DNA of 64,000 bases from Candidatus Parcubacteria bacterium (GTDB lineage: Bacteria > Patescibacteriota > Minisyncoccia > Sungbacterales > SURF-37), in NCBI GenBank assembly GCA_003599755.1, contig QZJO01000001.1, positions 5,222-69,221 on the forward strand, given 5' to 3'. Positions 27,502-37,608 of the stretch are shown here, in pieces. The translations under genes and the position numbers were made by a program. Within the stretch, counting starts at the first letter, position 1, and each line of letters begins with the position of its first letter. Under the pieces are notes generated by a model. It worked only from the letters and a program-made list of their open reading frames with translations. It made no database searches and was not told where the DNA came from.

Positions 27502-28575
27502 ATGCTGAACAGATTCTACGGACTTTTTTCTAAGGATATCGGCATCGACCTCGGCACGGCCAATTCATTGGTGTACGTGCGCGGCCGGGGCATTGTGATC
27601 AATGAACCGTCGGTTGTCGCGGTCAATCAAAAGACCGGCCAGATTGTCGCTATCGGCGCGGATGCCAAAAAAATGGTCGGCCGCACGCCGGGCTACATCA
27701 CCGCGATCCGGCCCCTCGTGGAAGGTATCATCTCGGACTTCGAAGTGACCGAGGAGATGCTCCGGTATTTTATTCAGAAGGTGCACGGCGCCAAGTTCAG
27801 CGCGTTTCCGCGGCCGCGCGTAGTCATCGGTATTCCCTCGGAGGTTACTGAAGTGGAGCGCCGCGCCGTGGAAGACGCGGCGAAAAATGCCGGCGCGCGG
27901 GAAGTGTTTTTGGTTGAGGAGCCCATGGCCGCGGCTATCGGCATCCGCCTGCCGATCCAGGACCCCGTCGGTTCGATGATCGTGGATGTCGGCGGCGGCA
28001 CGACCGACATCGCGGTCATCAGCTTGGGCGGCATCGTCGTTTCCAAGAATCTGCGCATCGCCGGCGACCGGCTGAGCGAAGATATCATCCGCTTCGCGCG
28101 CGATGAATACAAGCTTCTGCTCGGGGAGCGCACGGCCGAGGATTTGAAAATCGCAATCGGGTCGGCGATCGAGCTTGAAGATCCGCTCGAGGCCACGATG
28201 CGCGGTCGCGATCTCATTACCGGCTTGCCCAAGGAGGTGGTCGTAGATGACGCCGAAATCCGGCGCGCCATGAGCCATTCCGTGCGCCAGCTCGTTGCCG
28301 CGACCAAGGGCGCGATCGAAGCGACGCCGCCGGAGTTGGTGGCCGACATTATGCACCGCGGTATTGCGCTCGTCGGCGGCGGGGCGCTCTTGCGCGGCTT
28401 GGATCAGCTCTTGGCCGAAGAGACAAGCATTCCCGTCGAGCTTGCCGAGGATCCGCTGACCGCGGTCGTACGGGGGACGGGCATTATTTTGGAAAATATC
28501 GATGGCCTGGCAGACGTGCTGACCTCGTCAGCCATCGTCGGCCGCGTGCCCAACGCCCAGCGGCGTCTGGCATAA
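27502..28575 (+). CDS. mreB: Rod shape-determining protein MreB
   Basis: IGIDLGTAN, EEPMAAAIG, DVGGGTT. Confidence 0.96.
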   Translation: MLNRFYGLFSKDIGIDLGTANSLVYVRGRGIVINEPSVVAVNQKTGQIVAIGADAKKMVGRTPGYITAIRPLVEGIISDFEVTEEMLRYFIQKVHGAKFSAFPRPRVVIGIPSEVTEVERRAVEDAAKNAGAREVFLVEEPMAAAIGIRLPIQDPVGSMIVDVGGGTTDIAVISLGGIVVSKNLRIAGDRLSEDIIRFARDEYKLLLGERTAEDLKIAIGSAIELEDPLEATMRGRDLITGLPKEVVVDDAEIRRAMSHSVRQLVAATKGAIEATPPELVADIMHRGIALVGGGALLRGLDQLLAEETSIPVELAEDPLTAVVRGTGIILENIDGLADVLTSSAIVGRVPNAQRRLA

Positions 28576-28663
28576 TCGCCGGAGAAACATTCCGGCCGCC
28601 TCGGTGCATCAGTCAGTTGCCGTCCCGTATCGCAGCTTTCACCAGGCCATTATCCTACCGGGC

Positions 28664-29446
28664 ATGCGCTCACCGCCGCTTGCGTTCAGAATCATCGGAC
28701 TCTCGCTGCTCGTCGCGTTGTTCATATACGCGGCGGCCGGCCGGTTTGCCGAGTCGGGGCGCGCCTGGATGGTTGATGCCGCCGCGCCGGCCATTGCCGG
28801 TCTGGATCGCGCGGCAACCGCACTCGGCGGATGGGTGGGCGGCTCGGCCGCAGAGCGTATTCAAGGATTGGAACGCGAACGTACGGCCCTGCTTGCCGAG
28901 ATCGCGCACCGCGATGCGCTGGCGCAGGAAAACGTCGTGTTGCGGGAAATAATCGCCCTTCGAAGCGAAGGCGAGGAAGGCGCGGTACCGGCGCACGTGA
29001 TCGGGTTTCTTCGCGATGGGCGGGAAGAATTCATTCTGCTGGATCGCGGTACGGCCGATGGCATCGGCATCGGGGATCTGGTCATCGGCGCGAATCGAGC
29101 GCTCGGCGGATCAGTCGAGGCGGTAACGGCGCATACCGCGCGGGTGCTCTTGTTGACCGCAGCGTCCCGCGCGACCGAGGTGCTATTGGGCGGCGACGGA
29201 TTGCCGGCCGTGGCCCGCGGAAATAACAGCCGGGAGCTCACGATTGATCTTGTTCCGCAGGAGGCGCTCGTGCGCGTCGGCGATCTGATAACCGCATCCA
29301 CGCGCGCCACCGGCGGTCGCCCGGGGATTTTGGTCGGCCAAGTACGAGAGGTCCGGCCGTCGGAGCACGAGATTTTCAAGATCGTGCGCGCAGCTCATTT
29401 GTTTGATCCGGCCGGGGAGTATGTCATCGTGCTGTTAGCCCGCTAA
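28664..29446 (+). CDS. mreC: Rod shape-determining protein MreC
   Basis: TM, coiled coil (ENVVLRE), LDRGTADGI; lies directly after mreB. Confidence 0.88.
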   Translation: MRSPPLAFRIIGLSLLVALFIYAAAGRFAESGRAWMVDAAAPAIAGLDRAATALGGWVGGSAAERIQGLERERTALLAEIAHRDALAQENVVLREIIALRSEGEEGAVPAHVIGFLRDGREEFILLDRGTADGIGIGDLVIGANRALGGSVEAVTAHTARVLLLTAASRATEVLLGGDGLPAVARGNNSRELTIDLVPQEALVRVGDLITASTRATGGRPGILVGQVREVRPSEHEIFKIVRAAHLFDPAGEYVIVLLAR

Positions 29447-29450
29447 TACT

Positions 29451-29966
29451 ATGCGCGTCGTATTGTGGCTCTTGGGGTATATCGCCACGCTCGGCATCGA
29501 GATCGCCGTGCTGCCGGCAGAAGGGATCTTGGCCGTGCTGCCGCTCGCCCATCTTCTCCTGGTGACCGCGATCGCCTTCGAGCGTACCGGGCGGGCGTTT
29601 TGGATCGCCGCATGCGCCGGGATTATCCGGGACAGCATTGCGCTCGGGGCGAGCGGTTCGCATGCGATTGTATTTTTAGCGCAGGTTGCCATTATCGCGG
29701 GCGTGCGCGCGCTGGCGGACTGGGATGAGCCGCTGCGCACCATTATGGCCCTCGCCATCGGCCTTGCGGCCACACCGCTTGCGGCTTTGGTATCGTTCGG
29801 GATTACACCGATCGTCAGCGGCGAATCCGTCGTCGGACCGTGGTACGCGTTTCCGGTGGCGCCGAGCGCTTCGGCGTTCGCGAGTGCGGGGGCATGGGTC
29901 GGAGCGCTTGCATTTCTTATGATCCGGGGTTTTTTCCGGCGCACGTCGGATTCATTCATTCGTTGA
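29451..29966 (+). CDS. mreD: MreD-like membrane protein
   Basis: Polytopic membrane protein with GIIRD motif, between mreC and mrdA. Confidence 0.7.
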   Translation: MRVVLWLLGYIATLGIEIAVLPAEGILAVLPLAHLLLVTAIAFERTGRAFWIAACAGIIRDSIALGASGSHAIVFLAQVAIIAGVRALADWDEPLRTIMALAIGLAATPLAALVSFGITPIVSGESVVGPWYAFPVAPSASAFASAGAWVGALAFLMIRGFFRRTSDSFIR

Positions 29967-29970
29967 AGTT

Positions 29971-31953
29971 ATGGCATTGCCGTTTTTCAAGCGATTATTC
30001 GTGCGGCGGGTTCGGACCGAAATCGATCCGGAAGAGATTTTTTTGGACGCGGCCAATGCCCCGGGATTCCGTCGCGAGCAGCACGAAGGGCGTATCGAAC
30101 GGCCCATCAGCTATAGCGCGTTCACGGCCTTTGCCGCCATCGCGGCGTTGGGCATATTGGTAATCGCGGGCCGACTCGCTCAGCTGCAGCTCTGGGAAGG
30201 GAATCTGTTCGCGGAACAGGCACGGGCCAACAAGACCTACCCCATCACCATTCAGGCCCCGCGCGGCATTTTTTACGACCGTAATTTTGAAAAGCTCGTG
30301 GAGAATCGGCCGAGTTTCGTCATATCACTCACGCCCGGCGAATTGCCCGATGACGCGTCGTTCCGGGAAGTTCTTGGGCGCTTGAGTGGACTTGCCGGAA
30401 AATCGATTCCTGAAATCGCGGCAGCAAATGACATAGACGCGGCGGATGATCTTCTGCGGGCCGGCGAGCGAGCGGCATGGCCGACCGAAGTATTCATCGC
30501 CGCCGATGATCTGCGCGATGCGGTATTGGAAATTCAGACGCGGCCCGAAGAATTTCCGGGCGTGCGCGTTGCCGAGGCGGGCCAGCGCTATTATCCGCTC
30601 GCCGAAGCCGTCGCTCATGTGGTGGGCTATGTCGGCAGGCCGACGCGCGAAGAGCTGGCGGCGTTTCCGCGCGTCGGTCCGGCCGATATTCTCGGGAAAA
30701 TCGGCCTCGAGCGGCAGTACGAAGAAACGCTCCGGGGAACGGCAGGCGAAAAATTGATTGAGATCGATGCCGCGGGCGAGGCGCAGCGCGAACGCTTCAT
30801 CGTCAAACCGAATCCCGGTCGAGACGTGGTATTGGAGCTGGACGCCGGCCTGCAGGAATTCGCGGCGCGCGCACTTTCGCGGCATCTGGCCGCGGTCGGT
30901 AAACAGGCGGGTGCCATTGTGGCGGTGGATCCGCGCGACGGCGCGATTCGGGCGCTCGTCAGTTATCCGGCGTTCGATCCGAATATCTTCGGCCGCTCGC
31001 AGAATCGCGCGCTGATCGCCAAGCTTCTCGCCGATCCGACGTATCCGTTTTATAACCGAGCGATCGCCGGGGAATATCCGTCGGGCTCCACGATTAAGCC
31101 CATCATGGCGCTGGCTGCACTGGAGGAAGGAATCATTGATCCCGAATATTCGATATACGATCCGGGATATCTGTCCGTGCCCAATCCCTATGATCCGTCG
31201 CGACCCTCCATTTTCAAGGATTGGCGGGAACTCGGCTGGGTGGATATGCGCCGGGCGATCGCGATGTCCGCGAACGTGTATTTCTATACCATCGGCGGCG
31301 GCCACGGCGACATCGAAGGCCTTGGCATCGCGCGCATCAAACAGTATCTCGAACGGTTCGGATGGGGCAGTACCCTCGGCATTGATTTGGCCGGCGAGGC
31401 CGCAGGACTGATTCCTGATCCGGAAAAGAAAAAAGCGATCCGGCCGCAGGATCCAATCTGGCGCCTCGGCGATACCTATATCACATCCATCGGCCAGGGC
31501 GATCTTCAGGCAACGCCCTTGCAGCTTGCGGTATCCACGGCGGCGATCGCCAACGGTGGGACGCTCTGGCGGCCGCGCCTCGCGCATGCGGTCGTGGACG
31601 AGGAGCGGCGCGTGCTGCGGGAGTTCGAGGCCGAAGCGATTCGCACGGACTTGGTCAGCCAGCGGTCGCTCGATATCGTGCGCGATGGCATGCGCGAGGC
31701 GGTAACGTCCGGATCGGCCGTCGCGTTGAACGACTTGTTCTTCACGAGCGCGGGCAAGACCGGCACCGCGCAGACGGGCGCGATCGGCAAGAATCATGGC
31801 TGGTTTATCGGCTATGCGCCCTACGAGAGTCCCGAGATCGCGATTGCGGTGCTGGTTGAAGAGGGCTCGGGCGGCTCGACCGACGCGGTACCGATCGCGA
31901 AGGAAATTTTGTACCACTATTTCGTATCGCAGCGGGATGGGGAAAGCCCGTAG
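29971..31953 (+). CDS. mrdA: Penicillin-binding protein 2
   Basis: APRGIFYDR, SxxK (STIK), SxN (SAN), KTG. Confidence 0.93.
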   Translation: MALPFFKRLFVRRVRTEIDPEEIFLDAANAPGFRREQHEGRIERPISYSAFTAFAAIAALGILVIAGRLAQLQLWEGNLFAEQARANKTYPITIQAPRGIFYDRNFEKLVENRPSFVISLTPGELPDDASFREVLGRLSGLAGKSIPEIAAANDIDAADDLLRAGERAAWPTEVFIAADDLRDAVLEIQTRPEEFPGVRVAEAGQRYYPLAEAVAHVVGYVGRPTREELAAFPRVGPADILGKIGLERQYEETLRGTAGEKLIEIDAAGEAQRERFIVKPNPGRDVVLELDAGLQEFAARALSRHLAAVGKQAGAIVAVDPRDGAIRALVSYPAFDPNIFGRSQNRALIAKLLADPTYPFYNRAIAGEYPSGSTIKPIMALAALEEGIIDPEYSIYDPGYLSVPNPYDPSRPSIFKDWRELGWVDMRRAIAMSANVYFYTIGGGHGDIEGLGIARIKQYLERFGWGSTLGIDLAGEAAGLIPDPEKKKAIRPQDPIWRLGDTYITSIGQGDLQATPLQLAVSTAAIANGGTLWRPRLAHAVVDEERRVLREFEAEAIRTDLVSQRSLDIVRDGMREAVTSGSAVALNDLFFTSAGKTGTAQTGAIGKNHGWFIGYAPYESPEIAIAVLVEEGSGGSTDAVPIAKEILYHYFVSQRDGESP

Positions 31954-32040
31954 CGGAAAGCACGGTGAGCGGTCCGCTTTCGAAGGCGAGCGGGCGGGGT
32001 CTTGGCTGCAGCAGGAATGGGGTTTCTCAACATGTTCGGT

Positions 32041-32068
32041 TTGACAGCAGCGGATTGGCCGCTATAAT
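32041..32068 (+). promoter_or_regulatory. Sigma70 promoter of greA
   Basis: TTGACA-16 bp-TATAAT. Confidence 0.7.
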
Positions 32069-32132
32069 CCCAGGCAGAGCGCTGCGGCCGGGAGCCGCAG
32101 CACATAATTTCTCCAGATCGATATTACGAACC

Positions 32133-32588
32133 ATGGCTGAATACATCAGCGCCGAAGGCCTCGAAAAACTGAAGCGGGAGCTTGAGCAATTGAAGACGGT
32201 CGAGCGCCGGGCGATTGCCGAGCGGCTGGAGGCCGCCAAGGCCCTGGGCGATCTTTCCGAGAACGCGGAGTATCAGGAAGCAAAAGAAGCGCAGTCGCTG
32301 GTCGAGGGAAAGATCCAGGAGCTCGAAGAAATGCTCCGGGACATTGTGGTCATCCAGAAACCGACCAATGCCACGAACGTCCAAATCGGATCGACGATTG
32401 AGGTTGAATCGCGCCACGGTAAGGAAACATTTACCATTGTCGGGTCCGAAGAAGCTGACCCGCTGCAAGGACGGATTTCGAACGAATCGCCGATGGGCCA
32501 GGCGTTTTTGGGCAAAAATGTCGGCGACCAGCAGCAAATCAAAACGCCCGGCGGCCTCGAAACCTATACTATTCTCAAGATCATGTAA
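32133..32588 (+). CDS. greA: Transcription elongation factor GreA
   Basis: GDLSENAEY, ISNESPMG. Confidence 0.96.
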   Translation: MAEYISAEGLEKLKRELEQLKTVERRAIAERLEAAKALGDLSENAEYQEAKEAQSLVEGKIQELEEMLRDIVVIQKPTNATNVQIGSTIEVESRHGKETFTIVGSEEADPLQGRISNESPMGQAFLGKNVGDQQQIKTPGGLETYTILKIM

Positions 32589-32655
32589 CGGCGGTCCGAT
32601 GGCTATCGGACCGTTTTCGGCTGAATGCACGGAATTGTATAATCGCGGCATATGC

Positions 32656-32731
32656 CCCGTTAGAACTTTCCGCTGACAGGGCGAATAAGACCGCGTTTTA
32701 TCCGTATTTGTCCAGGGGGATTTTTAACGGG
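32656..32731. mobile_element. CCCGTTAGA-family element E (76 bp) at lysS start
   Basis: CCCGTTAGAA...TTTTAACGGG with TATG duplicated on both sides. Confidence 0.7.
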
Positions 32732-32732
32732 T

Positions 32733-34202
32733 ATGGCTCTCGAAGATATTCGCCGCGAACGGCTAGAAAAGCTTTCTCGGTACGAAGCAGGCGGCAATGA
32801 CGCCTACCCGGCAACGGTGCGGCGGACGATTTCCATTGGCGATCTTCGGAAAAAATTCGCCGCGCTCGCCAAATCCAAGAAGCGCGTGGCGGTAGTCGGT
32901 CGCATCCGGGCGCTGCGATCCCACGGCGGGGCGACATTCGGCGATCTGGAGGACGGTTCCGGCAAAATCCAATTGTATTGGAGCAAGGATGAGCTCGGCG
33001 GTGCCTACGAAAAATTTCTCGATGTCTTAGACATCGGCGATTTTGTCGAGGCGACCGGCGCGCCGTTCGCGACCAAGCGCGGCGAGCAGTCGGTGCGCGT
33101 GAGCGCGGCGCGCATTGTTGCGAAGTCCCTGTTGCCTCTGCCGGAAAAATGGCACGGCTTGAAAGACGTGGAAGAGCGGTTCCGCACGCGGGAGTTGGAT
33201 TTGGTAATGAACGAGGAAATTCGAGAGCGATTTCGCATGCGCTCGCGCATCATTCGAGCGTTGCGCGCGTTTTTAGACAAAGAAGGATTCCTCGAAGTGG
33301 AGACGCCGCTTTTGCAGCCGATCGCCGGCGGCGCGATCGCGCGTCCATTCGTAACGCATCACAACGCGCTGGACAGCGATTTGTATTTGCGCGTCGCGCC
33401 GGAGCTTTATTTGAAGCGGCTCTTGGTCGGCGGATACGAGCGCGTGTATGAGCTGGGGAAGAGCTTTCGGAACGAGGGGATTGATGCGACGCACAACCCC
33501 GAATTTACGAGTTTGGAGTGGTATGCCGCGTATTGGGATGAAGAACAGATGATGGATTCGGTCGAACACTTGATGCACGAACTTCTGAAGGCGCTTGATA
33601 AAAAGGGCCGCATCGTATTCGACGGCAAAGAGATCGAATTTGAAACGGAATTCCCGCGGATTGAATTCCGCGAACTCCTGAAGCGGCACGCCCTCATCAT
33701 GGATTACGACGCCGAGACGCGCGACTCGCTTGCCCAGCGCGCACGGCAGTTCGGCATCGATCCGGGGCCGTATGAATCGAAAGGAAAGATCGCTGATGAA
33801 ATTTACAAGAAGGTTTGCCGGCCCAAGGTGCAGAATGCCACGTTCATCACGCATCACCCCCTCGATATTTCGCCTCTTGCGAAGAAAGCGCCGGACCAGG
33901 CCGACGCCGTCCGCCGTTTTCAGCTCATTGCCGGCGGCCTGGAAATCGTCAATGCGTTTGCCGAGCTTAACGATCCGCGCGACCAGCGGGAACGGTTCGA
34001 GGCGCAAGCGGACCATCGCGGCCGGGGGGACGACGAAGCGCATCCCTTTGACGCAGCCTTCGTGGAAGCGCTTGAATACGGGATGCCGCCGGCTGCCGGG
34101 GCGGGCATCGGCGTGGACCGCCTCGTTATGCTATTTGCGGATGTCCGGAATATTCGGGAAGTGGTCCTATTCCCGACGCTCCGGCCCCGCGAATCCCGTT
34201 AG
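32733..34202 (+). CDS. lysS: Lysyl-tRNA synthetase (class II)
   Basis: LPEKWHGL, FRNEGID, YGMPPAAGAGIGVDRL. Confidence 0.97.
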   Translation: MALEDIRRERLEKLSRYEAGGNDAYPATVRRTISIGDLRKKFAALAKSKKRVAVVGRIRALRSHGGATFGDLEDGSGKIQLYWSKDELGGAYEKFLDVLDIGDFVEATGAPFATKRGEQSVRVSAARIVAKSLLPLPEKWHGLKDVEERFRTRELDLVMNEEIRERFRMRSRIIRALRAFLDKEGFLEVETPLLQPIAGGAIARPFVTHHNALDSDLYLRVAPELYLKRLLVGGYERVYELGKSFRNEGIDATHNPEFTSLEWYAAYWDEEQMMDSVEHLMHELLKALDKKGRIVFDGKEIEFETEFPRIEFRELLKRHALIMDYDAETRDSLAQRARQFGIDPGPYESKGKIADEIYKKVCRPKVQNATFITHHPLDISPLAKKAPDQADAVRRFQLIAGGLEIVNAFAELNDPRDQRERFEAQADHRGRGDDEAHPFDAAFVEALEYGMPPAAGAGIGVDRLVMLFADVRNIREVVLFPTLRPRESR

Positions 34203-34207
34203 CCCAT

Positions 34208-35536
34208 ATGCTTGATCCGAAATTCATCCGCGAACATCCCGATCGCGTGCGCGCCGGCCTCAAGGCCAAAGGCGTCGAGTTCGACGTAGACGCGTTTCTG
34301 AAACTCGACGAACGCCGCCGCGCGAAAATCGGGGAGGTGGATCAATTGCGCGCGAAACAGAATACGGCGTCGGACGCCATCGCTACACTCGCGCCCGCTG
34401 AGCGCGAGACAACACTCGGCCAAATGCGCGATCTCAAAACCAACCTCACCAAACTAGAAGACGAACTCAAAACGATCGAAGCCGAATACGATGAGCGCAT
34501 CCGCCAGATTCCGAATCTGCCGCTCGATGACGTGCCGCACGGCAAGGATGACCGCGATAACGTGGTGCTTCGAGAAGTAGGCGAGCGGCCGGTGTTCTCG
34601 TTTCCGGTGCGCGATAATATCGAGCTCGGGGAAGAGCTCGATATTATCGATACCGCTCGCGCGGCAAAGATTTCGGGCTCGCGTTTCGGCTATCTCAAGC
34701 GCGAGGCCGCGCTCTTGGAATTCGCGCTCGTGCAGTATGCGTTCTCCGTACTAACGAACCGCGCCGCGATCGCAGATATTCTCAAGGAGGAAGGGCTGGA
34801 TCTTTCCGATGAACCCTTTGTGCCCGTCGTGCCGCCGGTTATGGTACGGCCTGAGGTCATGCGCGCCATGGGGTACATGGAACGGGGCGGCGATGAAATT
34901 TACCGGGTTGCCGATGATGATCTTTTGCTTGTCGGCACGTCGGAACAATCTATCGGGCCGATGCATATGAACGAAATGCTTGCCGAAGAGTCCCTGCCGC
35001 GCCGCTACGTCGGCTTCTCGACCTGCTTTCGCCGCGAGGCCGGATCGTACGGTAAAGATACGCGGGGGATTTTGCGCGTGCACCAGTTCGATAAAGTCGA
35101 GATGTTTTCGTTCACGCTGCCGGAATCATCCCGCGCGGAACACCGACTGTTCCTCGCCCTGGAAGAGCGGTTTTTCCGCGGGCTTGGCATTCCGTACCGC
35201 GTACTCAACATCTGCGCCGGGGACCTCGGGGACTCGGCTGCGGCAAAATTCGACATCGAAGCGTGGCTGCCCGGCGAAAACGCCAAGCAAGGCCAGTACC
35301 GCGAGGTAACTTCAACGTCGAACACGACCGATTTCCAGTCGCGCCGGCTCAACGTCAAAGTTCGGCGCGCCAACAATCAGGCCGAGCATCCGCATCTCGT
35401 CAACGGCACGGCATTTGCCATCGGCCGGACGCTGATCGCGATTCTCGAAAACTATCAGCGGGAAGACGGCTCAGTGGAGATCCCTGAAGTACTGCAGTCG
35501 TTTTTGCCGGGCATCACTGAAATCCGGCGGACATGA
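34208..35536 (+). CDS. serS: Seryl-tRNA synthetase
   Basis: MLDPKFIR, GTSE, FRREAG, RVHQFDKVE, NGT. Confidence 0.97.
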   Translation: MLDPKFIREHPDRVRAGLKAKGVEFDVDAFLKLDERRRAKIGEVDQLRAKQNTASDAIATLAPAERETTLGQMRDLKTNLTKLEDELKTIEAEYDERIRQIPNLPLDDVPHGKDDRDNVVLREVGERPVFSFPVRDNIELGEELDIIDTARAAKISGSRFGYLKREAALLEFALVQYAFSVLTNRAAIADILKEEGLDLSDEPFVPVVPPVMVRPEVMRAMGYMERGGDEIYRVADDDLLLVGTSEQSIGPMHMNEMLAEESLPRRYVGFSTCFRREAGSYGKDTRGILRVHQFDKVEMFSFTLPESSRAEHRLFLALEERFFRGLGIPYRVLNICAGDLGDSAAAKFDIEAWLPGENAKQGQYREVTSTSNTTDFQSRRLNVKVRRANNQAEHPHLVNGTAFAIGRTLIAILENYQREDGSVEIPEVLQSFLPGITEIRRT

Positions 35537-36642
35537 CCAAATCGTTCGATGAGCTGGACGTGCGTACCTGGATCCAGATCGATCGCCGGTCTCTCTTTTT
35601 CAACCTGCGGCAATTCACAAAACGGGCGCGGCCGGCCACGATCATGGCCGTGATCAAATCCAACGCCTACGGCCACGGGCTTTCGCTGGTGGCGGGTCTC
35701 TTGGCCAAAGAAAATCCGAAGCGATGGCTCGGCGTGGATTCGATCACCGAAGCGCTGCGGTTGCGGCGTGACGGGATCAAAAATCCGATTCTCGTGCTCG
35801 GCTATACGCTGCCCGGACGATATGCCGAGGCCGCGCGCCGCGACATTACGCTGGCGGTCTCGCACTTCGAGGCCTTGCGGGCGCTTGCGCGCGCGCGTCC
35901 GCGGCCGGCATTCCATCTGAAAATCGATACCGGGATGCACCGCCACGGCTTTTCCGAGGATCAACTGCCCGGGCTCATCGCCCGGTTGAAGCGGGCGGAG
36001 CTGAAACCAAGCGGCGTTTTTTCGCATTTAGCCGCAGCGGGGAACCGCGCTTATTCAAAACGGCAGATGCGCGCGTTCGATCATGCGGTCGCGGCATTGC
36101 ACAGAGCCGGCATCAGACCGGGGCTCGTGCATTTTAATAAGACCGAAGGAATCCTGAACTATCCGCGGCCGCATGACGGGCTTGCACGCCTCGGCCTCGG
36201 CCTGTACGGCTATCTTCCCGAAGGAAACCAGAGGCGCGTGCCGCTCCGTCCGGCGTTGTCCTGGAAGACCATTGTCGCTGAGGTGAAGCGCGTCCAGGCC
36301 GGCGAATCGGTCGGCTATGACCTGACATACCGGTTTTCGCGAGACGCCACGATTGCGGTGCTGCCTGTCGGCTATTGGCACGGGTATGACCGCGGGCTTT
36401 CTAACAAAAGTTCGGTCCTGATCCGCGGCCGAAAAGCGCCGGTGCGCGGCCGCGTGTGCATGGATATCATGATGGTGGATATAACCGGCATTCCGAGCGT
36501 GCGCGTGGGCGACGAGGCGGTGTTGATTGGCGCACAGGGAAAGCGCCGCATCGGCGCGGATGAGTTGGCCACGCGCATCGGAACGAGCGTGCACGAGATC
36601 TTGCCGCGCATCAATCCGCTGATGCGCCGGGTAGCCATCTGA
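35533..36642 (+). CDS. alr: Alanine racemase
   Basis: AVIKSNAYGHG, KIDTGMHR, GRVCMD. Confidence 0.95.
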   Translation: MTKSFDELDVRTWIQIDRRSLFFNLRQFTKRARPATIMAVIKSNAYGHGLSLVAGLLAKENPKRWLGVDSITEALRLRRDGIKNPILVLGYTLPGRYAEAARRDITLAVSHFEALRALARARPRPAFHLKIDTGMHRHGFSEDQLPGLIARLKRAELKPSGVFSHLAAAGNRAYSKRQMRAFDHAVAALHRAGIRPGLVHFNKTEGILNYPRPHDGLARLGLGLYGYLPEGNQRRVPLRPALSWKTIVAEVKRVQAGESVGYDLTYRFSRDATIAVLPVGYWHGYDRGLSNKSSVLIRGRKAPVRGRVCMDIMMVDITGIPSVRVGDEAVLIGAQGKRRIGADELATRIGTSVHEILPRINPLMRRVAI

Positions 36643-36718
36643 CGGGATTGCCGCGCCAGGAGCGCCGCGTGGTGCCAAGCCAGTACCATCCATTCGGTGC
36701 GCCCGGTACAATGGAGCC

Positions 36719-37543
36719 ATGACTTCTCCGAGCCGGGTCGTATATCTCCGGTCCGAACTGCCCAGGCGGCGCAAGCGCATGCATGTTCCGTGGCGCGCCT
36801 TGGGCGTTATCGTGTTGATTGCGGTGGTACTCGGCGGCGCGACCGCACTTACCTATGCGCCGTGGTTGCGCCTTGGCGAAATTGCGGTTGCGGGCGTGGA
36901 TGAGGCGCATCGGGAGGCGGTGGCAGCCGCGGTGCGCGAGGAATTTTCGGGTTCGTGGATGTTTTTGCCGCGCGACAGCATCGTGGTGGTTTCGAAAGAC
37001 GAAATAGCCGCGGTTGTGGCCCGGGAATTTCCAAGCATGAAAAATATCCGCGTGGCCCGCGTATTCCCCAACGGCATCCGCATCGCAGCGGACGAACGAG
37101 AACTCTGGGGGATGTATTGCACGCGGACTGGTGCGGCCGGGGACCGCGGCCAATGCGCGTATTTGGATCGCGACGGCACGGCATTCGAAGAAGTCGCCGG
37201 CGTGAGCGGGTGGCTTCTGCCGGTGATTTATGGTTCGTCGCATCCGCGCGCCGGCGAGCGCCTCATAGCGAACGAAACCGTGCAGCTGTTTGAGGCGGCG
37301 GCCGTGGCGATCGGCAGAACCGGCGGCGGGTTGCTGACGCTCGAGCTTGCGACCGCGACGCCGGGCGATCTGGTGCTCGGGCTTGCCGATGGCTGGGAGC
37401 TGTGGGTCGCCGAAACCGCCGAGCCCGCGCACTGGATGGGGATACTTACCGTGCTTTTGGAAAATGAAATTAAGAATCGCGCCACATCGCTCGAGTACGT
37501 GGATCTTCGCTTCGGCAACAAAGTGTTTTACAAATATCGTTGA
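36719..37543 (+). CDS. FtsQ/DivIB-like cell division protein
   Basis: TM, POTRA-like region, C-terminal YVDLRFGNKV. Confidence 0.75.
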   Translation: MTSPSRVVYLRSELPRRRKRMHVPWRALGVIVLIAVVLGGATALTYAPWLRLGEIAVAGVDEAHREAVAAAVREEFSGSWMFLPRDSIVVVSKDEIAAVVAREFPSMKNIRVARVFPNGIRIAADERELWGMYCTRTGAAGDRGQCAYLDRDGTAFEEVAGVSGWLLPVIYGSSHPRAGERLIANETVQLFEAAAVAIGRTGGGLLTLELATATPGDLVLGLADGWELWVAETAEPAHWMGILTVLLENEIKNRATSLEYVDLRFGNKVFYKYR

Positions 37544-37550
37544 TACGTTT

Positions 37551-37596
37551 CACCAACAAATAAGCTCCGATAGTCCTCGGAGCTTATTTGTTGGTG
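37551..37596. terminator. Long hairpin between convergent genes (bidirectional terminator)
   Basis: CACCAACAAATAAGCTCCGA...TCGGAGCTTATTTGTTGGTG, 20-bp perfect stem. Confidence 0.7.
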
Positions 37597-37608
37597 CCAT
37601 AATCGCGG

